DNA of 49,318 bases from Polymyxa betae A26-41 (taxonomy: Eukaryota; Protista; Endomyxa: Phytomyxea). The notes under the pieces were generated by a model. The model was not told the DNA's origin. It saw only the letters and a program-made list of their open reading frames with translations, and made no database searches. The position numbers and the translations under genes are program-made. Positions 25,294-37,259 of the stretch are shown here, one piece after another (within the stretch, counting starts at the first letter, position 1; each line of letters starts with the position of its first letter). The DNA is taken from contig RBZT01000691.1 of NCBI GenBank assembly GCA_003693705.1, positions 1 through 49,318 of the forward strand, read 5' to 3'.

Positions 25294-25643
25294 TTTGCAA
25301 CGCCAATGCTATTTTTAATTCCGCTGTATCAATCGCAAGAACTGGACAAACGGAACCTCCCTTGGTTTTAACTCAACACTTTCGCCACCAGCCTGCCTTT
25401 AAAGGCTTCGATTGACTCACAATACGTGAAGAGATTTTTCAGAATCATCAACGGGCCGATCGTATGCTCTAGAGGTCGGTTTTTAGAAATAAACAGCAGC
25501 ACGATGCCTGACATCCCATGAGCTCGAGGGTCCCAGACAATCGGTGTTAGTTGGAAATCTCAAGTAGATGAATCAATGATACTAACGCTATGGCAACAAT
25601 CGCGCCACAAATAAAGAAAATCTTTAACGTTACAACAGTTACA

Positions 25644-25716
25644 GCTTCTGTGGCCCAATGGTCAAGGCGCGTGCCTACGGAGCACGAGATTCCGGGTTCG
25701 AATCCCGGCAGAGGCT
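25644..25716 (+). tRNA. tRNA-Arg (anticodon ACG), copy 1
   Basis: Acceptor stem GCTTCTG/CAGAGGC, D arm TGGCCCAATGGTCAAGGC, anticodon arm CGTGC-CTACGGA-GCACG, T arm GGTTCGAATCC; T-rich tract downstream. Confidence 0.96.
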
Positions 25717-26077
25717 ATTTATTTTGTCAAGTAACTTATTCATCTGCTGATGCATTTCCGGTTGAAGATATCATTATGACATTATCAAATAAAACAAAAA
25801 GCTTTCTTATACTTCAGTGATAACTAAAACTCTAAAAGTGCTAACTATACAACTGTAGGAAAATGAAAAAAACTGGTAAGACGGCTTAAGACAGCATCCA
25901 GCATTATGAACGTGTCATGTGGCGTCATAAGGCAAGGCATGGCACATCCATAAAGTACAGACTCAATAACTGACGTTAAGACTAAAACACTGGAACGGGT
26001 GACAGGGTACAAGAAGGTTTGAAATAGTTGGTTTACTAATAACTTTAATATCATGTATTTGACTTCATACAAGTTTA

Positions 26078-26933
26078 TCAGATTGGAAGCGAAACCGCTT
26101 TCCCTTTGACCTGACTACAACGGAAAACAATAAGCTATCCATTGGAATGATGAATCCTCATTTACCAAGTGATGTAATAATAGAAGAAATCGCAGTAGAT
26201 GGAGGTCTGTATGACACCGGTCAGCCAGACTATAGGGCTCCAATAGCCAGTTTCTGTCATCATTCTGTAAATCCAATTCAGCAGATACAAAACTCGGTAT
26301 CCGCCTAAACAGAAGACGTAGTGTGAGGTCAGATTCTCAACGAACCCGCCCGAGCTCTTTGCTAGCTGATGAACCATGAACAATTGCGGAACGATAGCGA
26401 ATGCCTCCAGCCAGAGTGAAAATGTATAAATAATCTGAAGCAAAGTTGAAAAATTTGAAGGATTGAGAAAATTGTTTGCAAATCGACCTCTTCGAGAACA
26501 AACTTCTCGTTCCAAATCAGAGCCAGAAGCAGGCTGGGACCAATAAGCAGCTCAATTCGAACTTTATCTACCTCCCTGTTATATGTTTTCGACCAGGGAG
26601 ACTTGTACAACATTAAATAAACAATAAAGCCTGACAGAGATATGTATATCATCTATACAGTAATGTAAGTAAATGAATGTTTAAGCAACTTTCTAAAGAT
26701 TTTACTTTCATTAGAGAAAGGTATAGTTGAGCTAACGATGGAAATGTGAATTCAATAAAGATTTTGTAGAAGAAATGTGTCAGATCCAGATATCGGGTGA
26801 CGAAGACCATGGCATAGAGAAGCTGCGATTTCAGAGAGATTCCCTTCGACGATCGCGAGGAAAACATCTTCAGCAGCAGAATGAAGATGCTGGCCAGGTG
26901 CAGCAAATCGCCTAGGAACGAGATGAGATTCAT
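26078..26933 (-). CDS. ERD2: KDEL/HDEL receptor, copy 2 (three introns)
   Basis: MNLISFLGDLLHL, GISLKSQLLY, TRYLD, LEAFAIVPQL, TSHYVFCLGGYR. An extra intron precedes the terminal exon QVKGKAVSLPI*. Confidence 0.95.
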
Positions 26934-27158
26934 CTGGTCTTTGTCGCCTTCAGACAGACCAAACTAAACATGGGATCTCCAGATCTCAAGAAAGCTCCGG
27001 AGTGCGGCCTCTCCCCAATAAAGCTTTCGTAACATTACTTCTCGATTTAACTGAAGACGTAGACCCAGAGCTCTAAAGCTAAAAGGGTTGCGTCAACCAT
27101 TCTTCGATAGACTGCTTTGTAATAAACATTGCAAAGTCGAAAGGCAGAAGCCGTCGCC

Positions 27159-30100
27159 ATGACGGACCCATTGAGGGTGGAAATGATGATGCCGGTCTTA
27201 TCCGCGGCTGTGGACTTTCTCTCTGCCAGTCTTGAGAGGTTAGGCGGCCCGTGGAAGTTCCCTTTCGCCGGCGTCGCCATTGATGATGCTCGTCAATATA
27301 GCCATGATAAAGTCATGACCATTATATCTCCGACTCTATCATTGATTGCCGTATTAGGATCTGGCCCAGATATGGGCTGGATGCGATACAGCAGCAAAGG
27401 AAATGGCCGTCTATCCGTTATGGAAAGAATTTATCCTTGCTAAGACTGTCATGCATGTAGGTCAGGTCCCACCATACATTCTCTTGATTGTCAACTCAGT
27501 GATTGCAGGCTGCCAGCAGCTCCTTAGAGCGCACCTACCCGTCTTACGAAACCTCGATTTAGAGGCCTTTATTGAAATCTCACAGTACTTCGATAAGGTT
27601 CTGCTGGGGCAAGCTGTTAGTGCTACGACCTTCAACAAAGTTTTGACGCAACTCGAGGTGATCGGCGATTTCCCTTCTAGCGATAGCCAAGAAAGGCTGA
27701 TTCGGAATCTCATTGCTGCTGGTCGTAATGAGCGTGCTGATGTGGACAGATTTCGGCAGATTTTGATAAGCCATCTACCCCCTGCTGAGTCCGTCGCTGA
27801 TATAGTCGAGCTAAACCACCTGTCTCGGGTTGTTCCTTCAAAACCTAAACAGTCTATCAACCTCCTGCTAAAGTACTTTTATCTCGGTTGCCGATACCCG
27901 GAGCAGTTACCCGATCAATTTCATCAGCTAAGCTGTGTCGTCGGAGCACTGACATCATCGTCTACTATATATCGAAATAATGACGACCTGGTTTTGGCTC
28001 TAAGATCCTTTGTTGATCATATCTGCTCTACAACTCCACAACAAGCTCTTCATTCATGGTGGCATTTCGTGTTCAACCGGCCGAAGATGTCGGTTTCTGA
28101 AATCGCTGCATTTGCTCTTATGATTGAATCCGTCTTCCATCAGCGAACTACTACCAAGTCCTGGATGGAGATACGCTCCAGCTGGCTGCATTCCGTTATG
28201 GATTTGATTAAATCTGAGGAATCAGGACGAGCACTAGTATTCATCGCGCTGATGGCTCAACTAAACAGCGAGCTCGCTACATCAACCGACACAGTATGGC
28301 CTGCTGAACTCGATTTTGACTCAGCTCGATCCTGCCTGCTACGTTTTGAATTACACAGTTTCAGTTTGGGGTTATTCACCAAGAACTGGAAAGTGCAACG
28401 CTACGCTTTTAAGTTTTCCGTCTCGAAGGCGTCTTCGTTGCATCATTTATGTTCTGCCTTGCTGAACCTCGAACGGCATTTGGAGACGCAAGTGTTTTCG
28501 CCAGAATGGCCCCGTCGAGTTGGCTTATGGGAATTCCCACTTATAGCGCTCTCTGGTTCAGAAGATTTGTCGCCACTCAAAATTATCAAGGATTCGCTAT
28601 TGAAGCTTGCTGATTCAATCCCGATCCAACTTATTTCACAGGAGTTCTATAGTGGTTATTGGCCAAAATGGCGCCGGCAAGTCGCCTCATGCCAGTATTT
28701 GTACCCGCTTTGCGAACTGTTTATCGAGCTTGAGACTGGACTCGAGTTTGAAGCGACAGTTTCTTCATGGGCCGATTATCGCTCTCAATGGGGCCTTCAT
28801 GTCCACTCCTCGTTTACAGTATCTATGCTGGCCCAATGCTTACTGGACCTCGAACGATTCCAAGCATCCAGTACGCTTCGGAATGCACCTCTATGGAGAC
28901 AACGCCTTATGGATCTCACTTTAACTGACGAGCCTGGCCGGGTTGGTGCCATTAAGCGATCAATAGCTGATATGATTCAAGCCGTTGAATCGGTCCACTG
29001 GAGGTCGGAATTTCGCCGTTCAGTGGATCATTCTAACACGAACGAGCAAAGTTTCTTTATGCAACTAGCTGCGAGTCGAACTATCGACCAAGTTAGTGTG
29101 CTGGTGATTCTTGCGGCCGAAATGCTCATGCTCCGTGAAGGAAAGACTCTCTCTCGAGAATGGTTTCGTACAATGGATGAATGCTATACATCGTTCTATC
29201 TAAGCGCCTGCTTGATCGCCTTCGACACTCATCTACCTGATTCCCTGCTTCGAACAGAGGAAAAGCACTGGACACCAAGATTGCTCCAAGTTAGAACCTG
29301 GAACATTTCCAACGTTTCAGTGCGAGCTCTTCGTACCATTCTGTTGTTGCTGGAAGGTCATTTGGATCTTGGTTTCATGAAGCCGACTTGGCCAACCGAT
29401 TCCACACTATGGAGTAAATTCTGCTCTTGGCAAACGACCGATAGAGGCATCCAGCTAGCGTGTGATATGCTGATGCTCAACTTTCGCCATCCACTTTTCG
29501 TTTTCGATTGTCGATCGAAACCTGCTTCTGAGTTGTTAATTTTACTCGATGAGTCCTTGCCGGCGACAGCATTCAACCCAAGTTGGAATCGTGTCAGGGG
29601 GCTGTGCCGCGTCAATCTGCGCCAGGACGTACCTTCGGAGGTGGTGGTCGCTGTTTGCCTGGATCACTTGACACAGAACATCATTGAGAATGGGAAATGT
29701 ATCAGTCGCGTGTTGTGTGATATCCCGAGCACTGTCGTACAGATGAGGGAGACGCTGCTGGCCATACATAGCATGGTCGATTTCTCTCCTATCGAGCCGA
29801 CCTGGACGGACCATCACGAAATCTGGTTGAAAGGAGTGGAAGCAGCAAAGCAACCTAAAGAATTGGCAATGTTAATTATAACATTTGCAGCATTTATCGA
29901 GTCGCTACCTCCGACTTGCGAACATCGACTTTCAATCTGCTTCCGGCAGCTCAGAGAAATCTGGGAGCACACTCTACTTGGCGTCGTAAAAAGCGAAATC
30001 CCTTCGTTCCTTAACAAGGTTGAAGCTCCTGTGCTGCTTTCTGACACCGACCTGGAATTTAGTCGAAACCGGCGAATTGATATGGGCTACGATCGGATTT

Positions 30101-30714
30101 TGCCCATTGGTCTTTATCGTATTCTAGATGTCGAGCATGCGAATATAAGGTCGGCGAATTCCTTTGCCGATCTTGGCATGGGTACCGGTCTTGCTCTACT
30201 TCAGGTCTTCTGCGATTCATCATCATCTGTACAGAAATGCATTGGTGTTGAGGTTCGATTTCGATTTTTCTTGTCGCAAGATCTTTTATGACCTGTGTTT
30301 TAGGCATCCAGTGCAAGATTTAAAAAATCAATTGAAACAGCGAAAGATAACATTCCATGTGAAGTTCTCATGGAGACCCCGGATGAGTTTGTTGCAGCAT
30401 CGAAAGATCAAAGAATGCTAACATTGCGACGCGGCGATCTGTTTGAATGTGAGGACGGGATAGCAGCAGACGTTGTATTGCTCTTCGTTAGTCTAACGCC
30501 AGCTATGCATCGTCGTCTTTGCAAATTCGTGTCAAAGATGCGCCCCGGTTCACGGTTGATTACAAAATTCAACATTGCGATGCTGTTCGACAAGCTGTCG
30601 TTAGGTGATTTGCCATTCCGACAAATTCCAGTGAATCGCCTAGATTCTGACAGGTTCCTGTTGCAGTCGTGTCCATCTAGTGGACAACACTTGTTTGTAT
30701 TTGTTAAACTCTGA
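27159..30714 (+). CDS. Large Trp-rich helical-repeat protein with C-terminal DOT1-like class I SAM methyltransferase domain
   Basis: Three exons (about 27159-27291, 27358-30252, 30304-30714). FADLGMGTG motif I, CIGVE, LRRGDLF, ADVVLL, MRPGSRLIT. N-terminal repeats of the form W-x3-R-x2-W-x3-V...L-x2-LE. Confidence 0.75.
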
Positions 30715-30779
30715 TGGTTTCAACGATCGAATTTGAAACGATTACCGAATTACCGATACTTAATTTAAAACAAAAACAA

Positions 30780-30852
30780 AGCCTCTGCCGGGATTCGAAC
30801 CCGGAATCTCGTGCTCCGTAGGCACGCGCCTTGACCATTGGGCCACAGAAGC
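30780..30852 (-). tRNA. tRNA-Arg (ACG), copy 2
   Basis: Exact reverse complement of 25644-25716, with a T-run terminator. Confidence 0.96.
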
Positions 30853-31467
30853 CAGCTGCATGATTGTTAGCAGATGAACGCTATTAGATATCGATAGCGT
30901 TGACTCACGCTTATTCAACCGGAAGCATTGCCTTCCGCTTGCATACTAAGAAATAAAACACTTCTTCAAACACATTCCAGTTCAAAACCCTCTCCCGTCT
31001 AACAATGATTTTCTAGGGAATGCGACAGGTCTGAACGTTGTTATAGTTTTGGTGATGTTGTCGTGATTATCGATCTGTGGATCTTTCTTAAGGTCTAACA
31101 CTGGGAAAAGTGCATGATTGAATTTCAATGCCGGATTAAGCTAAGCACTAATATATAAACCATTGAAATCTGCCTGTGCTTTTATAAACTTAGGCTTCGA
31201 ACCTGAGTCAATATTCAAGCCGTCTGATAACGATCTCCTATAGTCGCCTGGATAAAGCCAGTCGCCAAGGCTTCAATGTGATCTCACAGGCTACCACCAT
31301 TGTGCACTCTTATGCTAAGGAGAGCTGTTATCACAAGATTAACATCTGTCACCCTCTGAATGGCTCTGATGAGAGTTAGAGTAATAACTGAATTGTACGA
31401 GGGGCTGCGCTCCGAGAGGCGACACCGATTGCTGTCAAGGCGGATTCCATTGTCCAGATTGTCATCA

Positions 31468-32259
31468 ATGAATCTGTTCGCATTGGCTGGAGATCTCCTC
31501 CATCTTTCAAGTATCTTCATCCTTCTCCTCAAGATCTTCTCATCTCGTAGCTGCCGGGGGATTTCATACAAGACCCAACTCTTATATGTGATCGTGTTCG
31601 TGACCCGATATCTGGATCTTCTGCATTTCTTTAGAAAGCTGTTCTTTGATTTTACGTTGCCAACTTCAGAGCAGGTTTATTTGAACAGTATGAAGGTATG
31701 TTGCGCTATCGAATGATTCTGTTCCCTAATTGGCTTGCAGATGATTTACATTGGTCTAACTTCCTTCATTGTCTATGTGATCCAATACCGAACGCCTTGG
31801 AAGAAGACCTACGACAAATCGGTTGATTCAGTTCGTCTACCGGTGATTATCATTCCATGCATCGTCTTGGCTCTCATCTGGCACGAAGAACGTACTGTAG
31901 AAGAAGTCTGTATAGGTTACCATACAAACTTCAATATGCTGACGCTCTCTTAGATTCTGTATACGTTTTCGTTGTGGCTTGAAGCTGTCGCTATCGTCCC
32001 GCAGCTTTATATCGTCCATCAAATGGCGAAAAGTGCTGGTGGGTTCGTGGAAAATCTGACATCGCATTATGTGTTCACTCTGGGCGGATATCGGGTCCTG
32101 TACGCCCTTAATTGGATCTACAAAGCGTTGACATTGTCCCGCTATTGGCATCCGATCATTTGGTTCACAGGGACCTTGCAGACGTTGATCTATTTAGATT
32201 TCTTTTATTACTATATCACTGCTAAAGTCAGCGGCAAGAACGTACTTCTGCCGGTATAA
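31468..32259 (+). CDS. ERD2: KDEL/HDEL receptor, copy 3
   Basis: MNLFALAGDLLHL...; same two intron positions as copy 1; ends AKVSGKNVLLPV*. Confidence 0.95.
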
Positions 32260-32438
32260 ACCAATAAACAATTTCGTGCCCAGCCATACAAAGGATGAAC
32301 GAACCTGTTCGTTGCATTGCTGCCATATGCGTTTATCAAGATTAGAAAGCTCTGTGAAGAACTACAAGTCTACAACGCATAGAAGTTTTTGAAATGATTT
32401 AATCAATAGGACAATAGACCGCTGAAACAAAAAAAGAA

Positions 32439-32511
32439 AGCCTCTGCCGGGATTCGAACCCGGAATCTCGTGCTCCGTAGGCACGCGCCTTGACCATTGG
32501 GCCACAGAAGC
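32439..32511 (-). tRNA. tRNA-Arg (ACG), copy 3
   Basis: Identical to copies 1 and 2, with a TTTCTTTTTTT terminator. Confidence 0.96.
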
Positions 32512-33429
32512 AATTGTTACTTTTGTAACGTTAGCTGCCCCATATGCAAACTTTCTTTTGTTTTGAAAATCCTGCGAAGTCAACAGGCAATGATGTCACC
32601 TGCCATTCCGTCATTGAAGCTGAAAAAGATATGTGTTATAAAATTCACCGATAAAGAAAAGCTCTTGCTTTCAAATAGTTTTCATCTATTCTTGCGGTGG
32701 CTTCAAAATGAAATGAAAGTATTTGCGAACTCTGTCACTTTTGCAGTTATCACGTTAATAGAAAAACATTCTGACCGCACTGTACTATTGCAATGCATCA
32801 CGTCGCATGCCTTGGCCGAATCAATTGAATAACAATACTGTCATATCAGCAAGAGACTGCCGTTCTGTCGATCGCATTGAGCGTAAGAGTTGGAGAAGTC
32901 GCTCACGAAAGACTCTGTACTGTCGGTCTTACTGTTGCATTAACATGTTCCCCATTTGTGCAGCCTGTCTTTGCCGTTTGATGTGGCCGCATGGCACTGT
33001 CCAATTCTCGTTTAGTTTTTGTCATCAAATCACCCGCGTCACCCTCTTGTGGCGCGCCAACAACGACAGCAGAATAATAATGATAGAAAGTATTTTGTTA
33101 GGGTTCTAAAACAAAAAAATAGCGAAAAAATTTTTTGAAGTTTCTTCAAGCGTAGGCGACTTCTAGATTTCCCGTTCCTGGAGAGTGGAGACAGCAGTGG
33201 CAGTTTGTTTAACAATGCAGCAACGTGTCACCTTTGCCAATAGCAGTTTGACAGATTGATGATTTGGGGGATGCAACAATTCCGCACGGATCGCTTAATT
33301 CTTTTTAAACCGACGAAGACTTGATCGAGCGTGAATTTGTCTATCGCCTCGAAGCTGGAATCGGGCAGAGTGATGATGACAGCCGGATCTAACTCATTGT
33401 TGTCGGATTGAAATCTTTCGCTCAAATTT

Positions 33430-34672
33430 TGTAAGGGATGGTTTTAAAACGGGTTCCCTCGTTCAGTCTCTTAGACCATGATCCCTGGAGTTTAGCAACA
33501 GGTTATGGGCCCAGGCTAACTCTGCAGCTTATCGATTTTGGTCCTGGTCGGATCCATCATTTGTCGCGACTGACATTGAAGGGAAAGTCAAATTGGCAGC
33601 TATTGGAGACCGGCAGCGAAACATCTGAAGTTGTACCGGATCTTGACGGACAGGAAGTTCCTGCAACTGTGCCTACTTCACTTCATGCTGGTGCTTCTGA
33701 TACGGATCGAACGAACCATGAAGCTCAATATTCATTGTATATGGCGAATGAAGAGCTGTAGGCACTCGACTGTTCATGACCTTTGACTCAGGACAGCTAC
33801 AGGGCCAAAAATGAGAAAGTAACATAAACACAAGTTCTGTGAGCGTCACCCGGTTCAGAGCAACAACAAATAGCTTCACGTTTTTGGAACAGAAAAGGGC
33901 CGGGAGCCTTCAAAAGTTGGATGTGAATTGTATAAAGACATCGATCTCCTGCTCCACCACAGCCGTCTCTACCCGCGGCACCGGAATACAAAGGGAACAG
34001 ATTCGGCTGCCCAGCTCCTTACCTGACCGCGAACGTCTTCAAGGCGCTCAGAACTACGGACCGTGGTACGCCCGCATCATCAACCGTCTGCGGCACATGA
34101 GCCTGACCCATATGGCCCTAGGCGCTGCCCGATGCCCCAGCAGCAGCACAAATGGCAGCTGCGGATGCGGGACCAGCATCACCAACCGTTTCCATCTCGC
34201 TGATCAGAAAACCCTCGGCTACATCAACGACGAGTACCTGACCAACGAGATCATGGCGTCCCGTGGTCTCATTCGGCATCTCGACAGCGAGGATGGGGCC
34301 GGCAACCCCAGATGCGCGAGGCCATCGCCGGACAGCTGCAAACTCAGCTCCAGGACCTGACCTTCCCAGATGGCTTCTCCCACTTTGAAGCGATCCAGGC
34401 CAACCTGCTGGACCTCGGCAGGCCGATGGCCGACACCGAGCTCGGGACGAAGGTCATCAAAAGTTCCCGGATCATCGCCTCTCCAAGTCGGATGCGATCA
34501 TGAACAATCCGAACTGGACCATCGTCCGGTAGCCTCTGCGCGTGATTTCCATCATCAGAGCGCAAGCCGTCCGGCGCTCCGGACCTGGTCCGGCCAAACG
34601 TCCGCGGCACGACTCCACCGTCGCTGCGTCCTCCCACAAATCCCAGTGCAGTTTCTGCGACCGCAACGGCGC
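33430..34672 (+). mobile_element. Ty1/copia retrotransposon 5' part (LTR end, PBS, degenerate gag)
   Basis: LTR 3' end ...AGCAACA (33500) followed by GGTTATGGGCCCAG. gag motifs LQGAQNYGPW, a UBN2-like LQTQLQDL...LLDLGRPMADTEL segment, and a half zinc knuckle CSFCDRNG cut at about 34672. The LTR start is uncertain. Confidence 0.8.
33501..33514 (+). promoter_or_regulatory. Copia primer-binding site for the tRNA-iMet half molecule
   Basis: GGTTATGGGCCCAG immediately after the LTR-terminal CA; same sequence as the Drosophila copia-type PBS. Confidence 0.85.
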
Positions 34673-34944
34673 TGTTAGGAAATTACCATACAGTAAGCGC
34701 TGCCTGCGAGGTGGTCTCTAATGACGCAGCCCAGTTTCAAACTTGGTATGATCCATTTCGGTCCTGCATTAGATTTAGAAACACCGAATGAACAGGCTTA
34801 TCGTCATGTCCTGTTTCTAATGTTAAATCCTGGAGGTTCTGCGCCCGACCCGGACCTGCAGCTGCACTCGCTGGGCCTCATGCAGGTTCTATACGGGCTT
34901 GACTCGGCGATGGTCTATGAAACAATGCAGGCCTTCGACCACGC

Positions 34945-35310
34945 CTGGCCTGAGCACTCCCCTAAGATGTGGGAACTTCATGGGCCGCAAATCAAGAAGA
35001 ACTACACAAAGTGGAAAAACAAACAGCACAAAGAATCGCCAAACCCTGAAGTTGCTTACATGCTAGCACGTCCGAAAACTCTATCACAAGAGCCTTATCG
35101 TACACATTGTTTTTGCCTGAGAGCCACATCCTAACCCTCCAATCATCCCATATTACCCACAAATAATTTCACAATTTCTTATCGCCCGGCCAGATCATTT
35201 TTGCCAAAGATCCGCATCCTACACCAACCATCATGCCATATTACCGACAAATAATTTCACAAGAGACTGATCGTTACACATCCCATCATCCGATATTACC
35301 CCAGCAGATT
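34945..35310 (+). repeat. Copy A of a dispersed repeat with internal tandem units
   Basis: GAGCACTCCCCTAAGAT...CAAATCAAGAAGAACTACACAAAGTGGAAAAA...CATGCTAGCACGTCC followed by CAAGAGCCTTA and CCATATTACCCACAAATAATTTCACAA-type units. Homologous to 37260-37565 in inverted orientation. Confidence 0.75.
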
Positions 35311-35527
35311 CTTAAAGGCCAATATGATCACGAGCGGTGTTGAGCTCGCTGAGAATCTCAATAAAGTGACAAGCGATTTGTAACAACGAAATCGAAGGAG
35401 ATAAAGTTGCGCGACCGCGCGACAACCAACACCAAGCTGCAATATTGCATACTCTTAAACTGACATCATAAGATTACAGAAACAGTGATAAAAAATAGCC
35501 AGATTAATCGAGGCTACACTTGGAAAC

Positions 35528-35900
35528 ATGGCATCGTATTCCACAATTAAAGCAGCTGAATTCGTTGTCATGCTGTACGGCATCACGAAAATCATGTCAT
35601 CAATTATTTTAGCAGTCGGGCCCGGGGATTGGATCTACCCGTTATCATGCCATTGCTATGGCCTATGGGATGGGCACTTAAGCGTTATGAGAATGACGAT
35701 TCGCTTAGTTCCAATAGGACATCCCCATGGCTTCACGCTGGCCTTACCAATCTCCAATTTACATCCATTGATAGTAAAATTTTCTGGAAAGTTCATTCGT
35801 CATTCTCTGTTTACTTGATTGTTACCTTAAATTTATGGTCAGTATGGGCCTGGAGATACAGATTTTCGACATCATTTGTTCGATGGATCGCAATCTCTGA
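35528..35900 (+). mobile_element. Possible hAT transposase fragment
   Basis: LLWPMGWALKRYENDDSLSS resembles the hAT L-x-P...A-x3-E-x-D...S motif; frameshifted. Confidence 0.3.
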
Positions 35901-36291
35901 ACCATTCGTTATTTGGCGCAACCCCTACGAGATGAACAAGCTAGACAGACCGCGCTGCGCAGTCTCCGGTAGTTCAGTTGCGACTGGAGCGTCGGCTGCG
36001 TCGCGCCATGTTCCCAGTGGATCCACTGGCCTCCACCTCGCCGCCGACTTCGCAACTGTCATCACCGCAGCACAATCGACCCATGATTATTATCCATACT
36101 TCTAATTGCCAGTTTAATACAACTTCAAGTTTCCAGCCCTGGTCTACCACCCCAAACTAGTATCTAGTTCAGTCCTTGCCCTTACTCGTCGTTACGTACA
36201 GGCGCGAGCGAAAAAGCTGCTGGCGGTCGACCGTTCGTCCCGCCAATCCAGCACCCAATATTATAACAATCTTACCACCCAAAACTCCATT

Positions 36292-37175
36292 GTGACCGAC
36301 GATACAACTCTGAACTTTGGGATCTATCCCTGTACTTCCTACTCGGAAGACTCGGAACACGTAGTAGCCCCGATTGCGAATATCCCGACCCGCTATTCAA
36401 TACAACCATCTCATATCATCATGGATATTATGGTTGATACTGGATGTACAGCACATTCATTCAATACACAAGATCATTTTACAGCACTCACTCCCAAACA
36501 TGGCGAAAATAACAAAATGGAAATTGCCAACAGCACGAAATTGGCCGTTGCAGGTTCCGGCTCAGTCTCCATACAACTGGCCCAACCTGGTAACAAACCT
36601 TTCGTTACGAATGCAATGAAAAAGCCATGCATCCACGTCCCTGAACTGGCAAAAAATTCTTTTCTGTTAGTTCAGCCACGGACAGCGGTTTTTTCGATTT
36701 TTTCGACGCTACCTACGGGATCAATACAACTCCGAGACAAGGAAACTCATCGCGACCGGCGAACGGAAAGGAAATCTGTATTAGCTTCCTCGCTTCCTTT
36801 TAAAGTGTCCGATATACTTCGAGTTAATTCGCTTTCTTTATGAAAATCAGCATCCACAGCTATTTGGCATGCACGCATGGGATACATCAATCCCACTGGC
36901 CTCCCTTGAAATCATTATTGGGTGGCAGTGCCAGCGGAATTCAATTCACAGGAGACAGCAAGTCATTCTTCTGCAATTCCTGTATTCACTGCAAAGCCAC
37001 TCGGCACCCATTCCGAAGCCATGCTAACAGAAACGTCGCACAGCCGAAATCCTCGACGTGTATCTACTGATGTATGGGGTCCGTTAGGGGTTATATATTG
37101 CCCTCAATAAAAAGATAAATTTATTTCATGGTTATTCACTTATTCTTGATCAATACAGTCATTACGCTCAGCAAT
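36292..37175 (+). mobile_element. Degenerate Ty1/copia gag-pol fragment (knuckle, protease, GAG-pre-integrase, start of integrase)
   Basis: IMVDTGCTAH protease, VAGSGSV, HVPELAKN, (W)HARMGYI, FCNSCIHCKATRHPF, STDVWGP; many frameshifts. Confidence 0.88.
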
Positions 37176-37259
37176 AACTTCAGCGCTGTCGGACGCGTCG
37201 CCAGTATCGCGTCGCTGCTGTCCATAGTGAGGATAGGGTTTGATGTTGACTATGCACAC

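Noticed and set aside
25590-25820. ORFs containing ASVAQWSRRVPTEHEIPGSNPGRG (also 32362-32583)
   Set aside because: These are translations of the tRNA genes, not proteins.
31360-31467. N-terminal extensions of ERD2 copies 3 and 1 from upstream ATGs
   Set aside because: Not conserved between copies; the family starts at MN, and an initiator-like motif lies inside each extension.
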